From Utricularia gibba (Eukaryota; Plantae; Magnoliophyta), in NCBI GenBank assembly GCA_002189035.1, contig NEEC01000009.1, positions 2,108,001-2,172,000 of the forward strand: DNA of 64,000 bases, written 5' to 3'. Of this stretch, positions 52,489 through 62,860 are shown piece by piece. Position numbers and translations under genes: made by a program. Each line of letters opens with the position of its first letter. The stretch's first letter is position 1. The notes beneath the pieces are model-generated. The model saw only the letters and a program-made list of their open reading frames with translations. It was not told where the DNA came from and did no database searches.

Positions 52489-52974
52489 TCCAGCATTAAA
52501 GAAAATCCAAGGATTCCCAGATCTACGAATTTCCTGAAGAAAATCCCCGAAGCAGCACGCGGTAACGAAGTTTCGGCGACGGGCTTCCTTCCACTGTTCA
52601 GATTTTCAAACGGCTATGGCGGATTCGGACTGGAAACTCCAGATAACAAAAAAAAAAAAAAAGTAAAAATACAGCTTACACCTCGAGTGGGACCTACTAA
52701 ATTAAAATAATGTTCAATTAATTACTAAAAAAACTTAAGCTTTTAAATCTAGACAAATAATAGTAACATGCATTGAGAGGAGGATGAGCAGCCGGGCGCC
52801 CAAAGTCAAAGTCGTTCCCATATGAGATATCTAATATTTATAATTTTACATTTTTTTTTATTTCTGATCTATCTTTTTAAAACATCATTTATTCTTAAAT
52901 TATTACATAACAAGAATATTTAATTTTAAAATTATTATATTCTTTCGATAATGAATATTTATCTAACATATTTA

Positions 52975-53177
52975 GGGTTTGTTTGTTTAATGATTTAGAT
53001 TTTCATGAATTTAAATTATTTGAGTTTAGATAAATCCAAATATGTAAATATAAAAATATTCATATACTGCTTACTTAAATACATATACTTATGTATAAGG
53101 ATAATATATGAATATAATTATATCAAATAATCATTCTACCTATTTAATTGGTATAATTATACATACGAACCAAACAA
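52975..53177. mobile_element. Possible degenerate Tourist/PIF-like MITE
   Basis: AT-rich 200-bp block. TTGTTTGTTT near the left end (after TTA GGG) is 9/10 complementary to AACCAAACAA at 53168-53177. No clean TSD. Confidence 0.3.
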
Positions 53178-53871
53178 TACAATTTTATTAACTTCATTAT
53201 AAACCAATCTTATATTTTCATATGAAACAAGGCTTTACACTTTTCCTTTTCCTTGTATGGGAAGTCACACAAGTGTGTGGGGTTTGGGGGGGCATGGCAG
53301 GATGGCAACATGCGTTGAATGGGTCGCTTAACCACCCCCAACTGTCTCTTGTCTCATCTTTAGATTTTGAAACCCTCTCCACCTCCATGACGCCTTCGCT
53401 TATTTAAATCAACAACACAACACATGAAAATAATAGACCAATCAAGTTTTGTCGTGGAAACATCTGCATCCATGAATAACGATGGCATCAGATTCTGATA
53501 GAGAGAGAGGGTTGCTAACCAACCCCTAACCCTCCTCCCTTCCCTTCCATCCCGTATTTAAAAACCATAAATTCCACAATTGGGATTAAAAAGAATGATG
53601 ACGTAAGTCTTATACTAGAGCTTGGGAATAAAACGCGAGTTACCGGAGCGCGTGGGTTGAAACGGTCCACGTGAAGGTACGACGTCGTTTGGTCCAGCTG
53701 GCACCCACACGCAGACGCCGCACACGAGTCGCGTGTCCGATTTCACGAAATCTGCTGCCCGCGCAGAATCCTCCCGGCGCCGTACCCGGGATCCTCACGG
53801 TTGAGATTTTGCAGACCAAACGTTATTATTTTCTTAAATCAAATAAAATAACCTTTTTTCTTTGATTATAT

Positions 53872-54198
53872 CCTCCATTCCGAAATGAATTTTGTACATG
53901 AATAAATTATATCAGAAATAATAAATGGTATATAAAAAAGTACTATATGACAGTATAATTTTATTCTATCACTTCTCTTTTCATTATTTTATTCTATATG
54001 TATGATAATTTATCTTGATTATAATTTATCTTATATATCAAACATTCTATTTTTTTCTCATTTAATTATTTTCATTTATTTTCTCTACCAAACACACTCT
54101 AAGAATAAGATTGTTGTTGGGCTTAATTTCAGATAATTATTTTTAAAAAATAAAATTCACTTATATAATAATAAAATTGCAATTTTCAAGAATGGAGG
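53872..54198. mobile_element. Possible Stowaway-like MITE
   Basis: Perfect 9-bp terminal inverted repeat CCTCCATTC (53872-53880) / GAATGGAGG (54190-54198), resembling the Stowaway CTCCCTCCGTTC consensus. Subterminal ATGAATTT/AAATTCAC pair, AT-rich interior, TA on the left only. Confidence 0.45.
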
Positions 54199-54464
54199 TG
54201 GAAACACCAGCTGTGTCCAGCGCATACCCTTAACACATATACTAATAACTATTTGTAGAAAATAAACGAAGAAACGAAACAGCGTTGACCTAATTAATTA
54301 TATGCGGCAAAAGTATTTTCATTTTTATATTCTTCGTAATTCTGCCAAGTAAACTCTCGATCATGTTATATACACCAAATAAATCAATTTCATTTCATTT
54401 GATTTAGCCTTTATTTTATTTATAAGGAGCAGCAGCAGGGGAAGCCCTCCTTCCCCACGAGAGA

Positions 54465-54845
54465 ATGGAGCTGCTTACTTCATCCCGCTCCCGCTGCTTT
54501 CGCGCACACAGACATGGAGCCAAGACCAAGCCCAAAATCCGGATCATACACATCTTCGCCCCGGAGATCATCAAGACCGACGCCGCCAACTTCCGGGAGC
54601 TCGTCCAGCGCCTCACCGGGAAACCAGCGGCGGAGGATATGATCGCCACCAAGCGGAGGGAGCCGCCTACCCGGGTCCTGCGTGCAACCAAGAGGACGAG
54701 GGGCGCTGCCGTGCCGGAGAGAGTCAAGGAGGAGATGTGGGCGGAGAGCTGCTTCCTTGCCAGCTTCCCAGACGGGTTCATGGAGAACCTGGACGGGTTC
54801 CCTTTCGTAGAAGGTAGTGTTCATGTGCCTACCGGAGGCTTCTAA
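54465..54845 (+). CDS. VQ motif-containing protein (single exon, 126 aa)
   Basis: KPKIRIIHIFAPEIIKTDAANFRELVQRLTGKP contains the FxxxVQxLTG motif. TATA-like TTTATAAG at about 54418-54425. Confidence 0.93.
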   Translation: MELLTSSRSRCFRAHRHGAKTKPKIRIIHIFAPEIIKTDAANFRELVQRLTGKPAAEDMIATKRREPPTRVLRATKRTRGAAVPERVKEEMWAESCFLASFPDGFMENLDGFPFVEGSVHVPTGGF

Positions 54846-55415
54846 ACCCCTCCCTCACCTTCGGGTTGACGATAAGCTTTTCTTGATTTTGCTCATGGTG
54901 AACTGTGATGTGAAGGGAAGTTTCACCCGTACATTATTGTAAAAGTAAATTTAATTTTCACAATCATATGATATGATATTATATCTTTTGTCGATATCGA
55001 CCGCCTGTACTAAATCCCATTTATTCACTTTGTGAGAATTTTTTACCATCGGAAAACGGATGAAACCGTATTTGAAACGCGATCCCCGATCAGCAGAAGG
55101 CGGGGGAGCGACGGAGTTCGGGAACGCAATCGTCACGATCCCCCCCTAGCGGCGGGGCCGGAAACGGAACGAAAGGAAAAACAGTACTTCGGATAGATAT
55201 AGATATATTGAAAATCTCATTTTAGTTCATGTTCGGTTTCCACGCCACAGTTTTCTGTCAACATTTCAAGTCTCCAAAGTCTTTTTGAGTATGACCCTTT
55301 CAAGGGCAGAATCCAAGGTGAATAAATGGTGTTCGAGATGACAGTAACTAACCATGGGTTCATGCCAACAGGTTTCGGAGATGATACATGAGCTCGTGCA
55401 TCGCTGGATCAAGCT

Positions 55416-57129
55416 TCAAAGACCAAATCCAAAAACAGCCCGGATCCTGTGGAAGATATGGTCTCTCCATCCCCTTTCAGTGTTCTCAACAACAGAAGCA
55501 TTACCATACCTGAGGCAATTTTCACATTATCATCATTTTTCCCAATTGCTCACCCTTCGTCTCAAAAAAACCAAGTTAACAATGAGCAACAAGTCTACTA
55601 ACCTGTCTTCCTCTGGAATATCGGTGTGCGTGAGCTTGATGTGTGTGATGCCAGATTCAGGCTCCTCGAAAACAAGGCGGACCTGCATGATCAATCACAT
55701 ATATGGGAATGATCAACCTACAGGCTCTAGCATAGCTACCACCCCATCCATGGTGGTGGTTGCATCTATACCTGTGTAAACTCACCAACTGTATGCAACC
55801 GAAAGAGCGAAAAAAATAGAAGACCATATTGAGAAACTACATTAAACCACTTACTAAGTTCACCATTTGTATTTCAGCAAACCAAAATGACACTCACTAA
55901 TCCTCTGACACTGAAGATTTATTTATTTTTTTTTTGTCAATGGGATTAGATCATATGCTCCACTTCCACGTGGAATGTGTACCAACTCAAGAGTGCATTG
56001 AGGCTGCTCTTTTCTTAACCCCGTTAAGAAAGCCTCAATACCAATTCTGACTTCGTTGATCATTTAAACAAGCCCACAGAAGCCAACCTCCCACGCAGTT
56101 CAGTGACAAAAAATCATGAAAAACTGTGTAACAACTGAATGTAGAACGAAAAATTGAATTCCAGCACATGACAAGGAGGTCAATGTTATTCACAGTCATG
56201 GCTAAACAGCAATATGGTAAGAAATAAAAACAATAAAAGCTAGAGAATGCATATACCTTTGAAACAATGCCATCAGGCCAGCTCCCGAATCTCCATTGCT
56301 GAACAATCAATTTTCCTTCTTCCAGCTCCAAATTTTTCCCCGTGACAGACCCATCAAAAATGCTAAAGTCTCCTCCAACCTCCTTACTAATCTTCGCGTT
56401 GCTTTGAGTAAACCCCTTCCACCTGTTTTCATCCAGAAGAATCTCATACAGATCCCTCGCTCTGCAACTGAACTTTTCACTCAGTGTTATACTCTTAAAT
56501 CCCTCTTTTTTCTTATCTTCCTTCTTCTTCACCTCCTTCGACCCTGCATTGTTACTCGAAGCAACAGACCCAGAAACCGATTTCTTCTCCGTTACCTTCT
56601 TCACTTGCAAATCGTCCTTTGCAGGACCTCCTTCCGCCATTGCAGATACATACTGCCTGATTTTCTCAAACACAAACGGCTTCCCTTTAGCAACAAACGC
56701 TTCCTTCAATCGTCTCCCAACAGGCCCATCATCATTTATAGTAACCCTCATTTCAGGATCCTCCCCTGCATTCTCAACAGAGATATACGGTACTTCAACC
56801 GAGCCCTCGGTGGCCAGTATCACCCCGCCACCCTCGGAATCCGTGGTCTTCGCCTCGTACGATAAAATCAAATTCAGCTCATACCCAGGAATTATCTTCC
56901 CTTTACGAATATTAACATAGGCCTCGCCCTCCAACTTTTCTACATTCTTAATCTTAATGTAGAGATTACCTTCGCCGGAAAGAATGGGCTTTTCGGCGAG
57001 CAGATTGCTCAGGAACTTCCGCGACCAGTCGAGGCAATCGGTCTCCGCCCAGTGCCAATTGTGCACATTGATGCCGTCAGGGCGTTCCTCCACGATCCAT
57101 CGCTTGTCGCCTTCTCCCATCTTCGCCAT
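55416..57129 (-). CDS. AHA1: Activator of Hsp90 ATPase (AHA1)
   Basis: Exons 57129-56257, 55682-55603, 55509-55416 (348 aa). MAKMGEGDKRWIVEERPDGINVHNWHWAE, AYVNIRKGKIIPGYE and the AHSA1/START-like C-domain FDGSVTG...IVQQWRFGSWPDG...NTERGWRDHIFHRIRAVFGFGL*. Confidence 0.95.
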
Positions 57130-57972
57130 CTTTAACACTAGTCGTCAAAGGATGAAGCTTCTCAGAGGTAAACCAGCGAAAAATTGCCCAAGGGCGTTCT
57201 TCAGCAAAACAACAGGGTTTCGAATCTTCTGGGTTCCGAAGTCTCTAGAATCTTCACTTCCCTGCGGGAGCTTCAGTTTATTATTATGACCATTATTGTA
57301 AAACACAAAGTTATATATTTTAAAATGTTTTATCAATGTCTTAATAATCTGAAATAGCTTAACGCACCTCATACCTACAAGGCTACAACCAGAAGTGTTT
57401 GATCTAATGAACTACTCAGTTCAAAAGAGAAAAAAGAAATTATTTATGCAATAAGCAGTAGAACACTTCTCAGAATCACACATCAAAATTCTGGGGAGAT
57501 GAAGAAACAGCAGTAGTTTTGAAACCGCAATCAATCTCTACAACATCAATAGCACAAAGTCAAGTCCAAGGTCCTAAGTTCACTAAGACCAGACAGAAGG
57601 CTTCTGCAAGATAGTGTTGATCTAAACGAGCCAACTTTACATTCTGGAGCAGGAAACCATCAGACTGTGCTTCAGATACGATGGGGAGGAACTTCAAAGA
57701 AGACTGGAGAGGGTAAAAGAAACTCACATTGCAGAGTTGAGGGCGCCCATCCTTTATTCTTTCAGCTTCAAGGAACACTAACTAATTCAACTTCAGTATG
57801 ACAAAGATGGTTTTATGATCCAAGGGCTCTCGCAGGGAAGGTACGTACACCTGGAAAAATAAAATAAACGGGTGGAATGATCTATAATCATTACATTTAC
57901 TGGTATAGTTTTTCACTATACCAGTAAAGAGCCTGATGGGTGGGAGAGAAATTCAGCACACACCTATCCTGG

Positions 57973-58809
57973 TTACCGTCTATTCTTTGGTTTGCAGCGA
58001 AATTGAGCTAAAAGGGGTAGATGATCTGATGACCATTCAGGAGATGGAAGAGCAGTGTATTTTCGCAACCGATCTTCATCCAAGATCTCTAAAAGAGACT
58101 CCACGGTTAAGATATCAGCTGCTAAAAAAAGAAGTGGATTCAGAATCTCAATAGTAAAATCCAGAAAAATATGTACGGGTAATAAGACCATCAATTTGTA
58201 CCTGAGTAAAATATGTAATCAGAAGTACCGATGAAATCTCTTGTGCAATTTGTAAAACGAGGTTCATTAGTAGTAGGATCGGTTTTCTTTCTTTGCTCTA
58301 AGGCAAGAAGGCTACCAGCTCTGGCAAAGGACGAGTAGGCACTAATCTGGAATTCAGAACCTCTTGGACAAACAATGTCAGTTTGGTATCTCACTATTTC
58401 TCCTAAAAGATTTTGCTTGCGATACGTCCAAGAAAGAGCCCAAGATGCGCAATAGCTATATTGTTCACCTGTAGCATAGATATCAAATAGGATGTTGTAG
58501 GACAGGACAGTAAACGTCCCTCCAGAAGAGACATGAGTATCCAACCAGAAATTGAAGATTTCACCATAAAACCAGAAAATATGACTTTGACGTAGAGTAA
58601 AGAACAAGCCATCAGGGCGCTTCACTACATGCTGAGAAACACAAGACACAAATCACTTATATCTCAGGAAATATCCACCAACAGGATTCAACTCAGAAAT
58701 ATCGCCGCTGATAACAGAGCCATCAGGCCGCTTCACTAGAACATACGGCGTTAACTCACCCCACAATTGGTATCTCGGACGGCAGGTACACCCGATGCAC
58801 GCTCAGCAT
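57973..58809 (-). pseudogene. CCR4 deadenylase (CCR4-1/2-like EEP family) relic with two large internal deletions
   Basis: Start MLSVHRVYLPSEIPIVG, then a 2-nt frameshift at about 58757 to ELTPYVLVKRPDG...FLRYK. It jumps to FTVLSYNIL..YAT.E.YSYCASWALSW.YRKQNLLGEIVRYQTDIVC, jumps again (58345-58365) to SAYSSFAR...EPRFTNCTRDFIGTSDYIFYS, then intron 58201-58119 and the last exon ALPSPEWSSDHLPLLAQFRC. The catalytic LQE motif is broken. Confidence 0.85.
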
Positions 58810-59271
58810 TTCTCTCTCACCCGTTCCAATCGTATTCCCGCCCGCTCCTTTCCTCCAATTTGTCAATGAACACCCACGATTCAAGAATCATCTGTCATGG
58901 AAACGCGCCGTATCCGCCAACACCAGCGCACAGTGCTCCTTCCAGAATCCTTCCCCGCTCCAAATATTGAAAACAAAAAGCCCGGTTTTGAACAAGAAGA
59001 TTCCCCGCAAATCAAAATGGAATGGCGAACCAGCTCCGCCGGAAGACCAATTCGACAACTAACTAAAAAAGCCGTTGCTGTTCGGGATCAACAGCCCGAG
59101 TTTACTTACGCTAAGATTAATTAATTTAAGAAATAAAAAGCACAAATTAACCATTTAAATAAATTAAACGCCTTAGTTACTGAATTTCAATAATTAATCA
59201 TAAATATCTGAATAAAATAACCATATATATATATATGTCTAATCATAATTTAAGCAGTCAACGAGAGTCAA

Positions 59272-59322
59272 CTGGGCCAAGAACAGAACTTGGGCCCATG
59301 AAGTGGCTTGTAGTGAGGCCCA
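59272..59322. promoter_or_regulatory. Site II (TGGGCC/GGCCCA) cluster upstream of the CCR4 relic
   Basis: TGGGCC at 59272 and 59291, and GGCCCA at 59293 and 59317, about 470-510 bp upstream of the relic ATG. Confidence 0.5.
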
Positions 59323-60021
59323 ACTCTCCCCCACATTTTACATTTTACTTACAAAAATATATTTTTAAACCAGGTGGAGTTCAAATTTGTCTTTTCCTCT
59401 TTCAATTAATAAAATTATTTTTATTCCTCGTACGTTGATGTCTTGAAAAATTTCTTCAAGTTCTTTAATTATTTCAAAATATTAGTATTTTGCATTGTGC
59501 AAAATGGGAATTAAAAAGTATTTTTGTTCTTACATTATTTTTTAAAATGTTATTTTGAATAAATACAAGCGATGATATTCAATCAGTTTCAGTCATTTGA
59601 TTCCAAGTGTTAGAACTATCTTGTGTGTTTCCCGGTGCTTCTCTTAAGGCGAGATATGTTAACATACAAATACAAACCAGACATATCAAAGAAGACGATA
59701 GATGCATCCAAATCCAACTTCTGCTTTGGACTCATCCATCCACAGGGGCCGGCCCCTGAGCTCAGACACAACAATGCAATTGAAAGAGAAGTACCCATAG
59801 AGCAAGTGGCCTCAGCACAAATGTGCAACTGGAAACATCCCCCCCAGATGCTGAAATCCCATCAACATTGCCTAACACACAGTCGCCAAAATCGTTCGGA
59901 AGTAGTCGTCTAGTCGAGTTCATCGCCACGTGAAATACGCCTCTAGGGCATACAACCCCGACCCTTATCAGGGATAGCTTTTTTTTGCATGGTATGAAAT
60001 GAATCTGTAGAAAAATGGACA

Positions 60022-60743
60022 TCAAAGATGGAGGTCGAGGCTCAAGTGATCTTGATTGGTGGGCTTGGATTTGTAGCCAAACTGGATCTGGGAAGCGGCT
60101 CCCATTGCTGATTTGAGCTGATCATCTCTTGGTGTGACTACGGGAGAAGCATGGGGAGCTTGGATTTGCCACATGGCTAGTGGGCTGCCGTTGATTGGTT
60201 GCCTCTGGCTGTAAGGATTGTAGAACCAAGCATTGGAGCCATAGGTGTTGGTGGTGGTGCTACTGTTCCATGGATGATGATGATGATAAGCCATGGGGAA
60301 ATTGGGGGTTGCTCCAATTCTTCCATAGTTGTTCATCATGCTGCAGAAGCCTGCAGCCTCAGACATCATGGCTGATTGGAGGTGGGCTCGCTTCGCGTGC
60401 TGGCGCTCGCGTTTGTGTGCGTTTTGATGTCCTCCAAGAGCTTGAGAAGTAGGGAAGTTTCTGCAGCAGTAGTGGCACTCAAACTTCCTGCTGCTGCTGT
60501 CTTCATTGACACCTCCTGCTTTAGTATTGTTGCTCCCTTCACCATCTTGAACATTGCTGCTGTTTTCAGTCGACTGATCGGAAAGATCATTGGACATAAC
60601 AGCGGCGGCGCCGCCTCCAAATTCCTTCCCAAACAGACGGATGGCTCCAGCCTTGTCCTTGGCGGGGAGGGACGGATGAAGGGTAGTTGAGAGAAGGAGC
60701 TTACATTCATGAAGTCATGAGTTTCTCTATCTGCTTTTTCCAT
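60022..60743 (-). CDS. Single C2H2 zinc finger protein, GIS/ZFP8-like, with C-terminal EAR motif; 1-nt frameshift at 60664-60667
   Basis: MEKADRETHDFMNVSSFSQLPFIRP joins AKDKAGAIRLFGKEFGG after +1 C. RKFECHYCCRNFPTSQALGGHQNAHKRERQHAKR (QALGGH finger) and terminal DHLSLDLHL (EAR). 723 nt = 240 aa. Confidence 0.93.
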
Positions 60744-62498
60744 AGAAGAGAGGAAGAGGGGGCTTTGGCTTTAGTCTAGTGGTTTTCTGTTTATCCTGAA
60801 AGAGAGTGAGGAAGAGGGAAGTTGCAGTTGGAAGTGGGAAAAGAGAGGGGAGATTTGGGAATATTAAAGTATGAGGAAGAGATCTGTCATCGGTATGAGT
60901 TGTGTTGTGGGTCCTAGAAATGGAGTGTTTGAGAGATAGATCCATGGATCAACATTCAAAACCAACACCCATAGTATAGATCAGCCAACAAAAGGAGTCA
61001 CTTTCTTCTTTATAATGTTCATGCTCAATTCTACTTCTTCACAAAACATCTCTTCCAACTTGCTCTAATTCTTAATTAAGAGCAGCATCAAGGTGGAGTG
61101 TGTTGAAATACAAAATTCGATGGATCTAGTATACGTGAATTCTAAATACACAATAAACATAAATCATTATAATGATACATAATATCTTATATATTTAATT
61201 ATTTTACTTTTATTTACAAATTAAATTACTTGTTCTAATAGAATGAATTGAAAAAGGTAGGCATCAGCCCTTGTCAGGTTGAAGAATGAATTAGGAATCC
61301 CACATGGCCCTTGTCATGTGGAGGGTTGCATTTCATGATCCTTTTCTGCCCATTGGATCTCCTCCTTGCTCTCCCTACCCCTTGAAGAGTTAGGACCAGG
61401 AGCAAGTACTCATTTGCCACTTACTAAAACAACAACAGCATGGCGTTGGCATCTGCATAAGTTCCCATTGTGAAGTGGTCCTCCAGCTGCCGGCTCCACC
61501 AAAACCTAAAATCACACTACTTAAGAAGTACTTACTACACCTTACTGTGTTGTCTGATTTCCAAATCTGTGTATTCTGTGACCTCTTGGTGGCATTCTCC
61601 AAGGCAAAAGAAACAGAACTTAGTAGTCAAACCTGAAACTGAATGCCTGAAACCCTCCTTCTCATTTACTAATACATATGAGGAGCATTAAATTTCCCTT
61701 AATGAAGAGGTGTAATCATCTTGTACTACATTTCACTTTGTCTCCCTCCTTTCTCTCTATTCCCAACCCATTCTTTCTTCTTGCCCCTTCTCTGCTCCCA
61801 CTGTCGCTCATGTTCCTTGGATGTGTCACGGTATCAAAAAGCAAAAGATCAGCTTTTTAACACACCAGATCCCAATACTTAGGCTAGCGTTTTGGCTTCT
61901 TCTAGCGCAATATTCTTGACATGAAATGGGCTGGAATCAGGGTTTTGCTAATTCAGAATCCGATCACGTTTGGGGGAGGTTAAAAGGCAGCAGACGGAAG
62001 TTGCTAAAAATACACGTCTTTCGTCTCCGACTCAGAAACAATGAAGCATATTCCAGGTTGGGTTAGAGGTGGCCGCTGGGGATCCACCGGTGCTGAATCT
62101 CTGCATTTACTGGTGGTCGGAGGGAGTAGAGTAAATGTGCGTATGGTGATAGTCATGGGTGCTGCGCTTTGACCGATCTTTTCTGCGTTGTATTTTTGCG
62201 GTAAATCGAGGAGCAATGTCTCTTTCGAGGTTTTGTTCATCAAATTCACTTGGTTCTGAGTGGAGGGGGAGACCCAGTTTTCTGATGAAACCGCTACCAC
62301 CACCATCTTCTTCCTTTTCCGCCATTAACAGCTCGATGCGTCGACATCATCAGATGCTGGCAGTAGGGGACCGAGAAATAAAAACCCGCCTTCAATTTCT
62401 ACCTGAATTATTCCATCATTTATTATTATTACATGAATATTTTCCAATCAAACAATCCAAACCCAGGCCTAGTTGCTCCATTTTTCAGCTTACTACTC

Positions 62499-62550
62499 AT
62501 CCCACATCGAATGTTAAACAAAATAATCTTTGCTCATGCCGTTATAAATA
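62499..62550 (+). promoter_or_regulatory. Plant snRNA-type promoter: USE plus TATA box with Pol II spacing
   Basis: ATCCCACATCG at 62499-62509 is a perfect match to the RTCCCACATCG USE consensus. TATAAATA at 62543-62550 follows after a 33-bp spacer (about 32-36 bp in Pol II snRNA genes, about 24 bp in Pol III genes). Confidence 0.75.
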
Positions 62551-62574
62551 CCCCGCGATTTCAATTTCTGCTTG

Positions 62575-62860
62575 ACATCTGGATTTCCTTTTCCTTTCTT
62601 GTATTGTAGTAGAAGCGGTAAATGGAGGAAACAGAGTCGCTATTGGGATGGCTATGATGGGTGAGTAAGAGGAGTGGGTGGCAGGGTCATTCTCGTCACA
62701 AAATTGTTCCCCTTACTTCCTTTTCAGACAAGGTGGACTGAATACGATACTGCGTGTTCGTAAGCGTGCATCGTATATCAACACCCCCCCTTCGCTATTC
62801 CACAATTTCACTTTCACCCCCATCCCCTGCTCTACTATTACTACTGCTACAAATAAGACA
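62575..62860 (+). ncRNA. Candidate structured non-coding RNA of unknown family downstream of the USE-TATA promoter
   Basis: Predicted +1 near A62575 (TATA at -32, USE at -76). No ORF longer than 11 codons from an ATG in the first 170 nt. Manual folding gives five consecutive hairpins over 62578-62776, or an alternative long foldback pairing 62597-62686 with 62788-62858. The 3' end is not defined. Confidence 0.45.

Noticed and set aside
52219-52710. 163-aa + strand ORF, plus similar antisense ORFs over AHA1 (56296-56920), PsbO, VQ and CASPL
   Set aside because: Antisense shadows of real GC-rich coding exons.
62575-62860. Identity of the USE-driven RNA as telomerase RNA, U3, 7SL, MRP, H/ACA or C/D snoRNA
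   Set aside because: No telomere template, Pol II rather than Pol III spacing, none of the conserved boxes I recall for these RNAs. The ANANNA/ACA pair (62775, 62858) flanks a G-poor stretch that cannot form a hairpin, and the C-box candidate ATGATGG is imperfect with no terminal stem.
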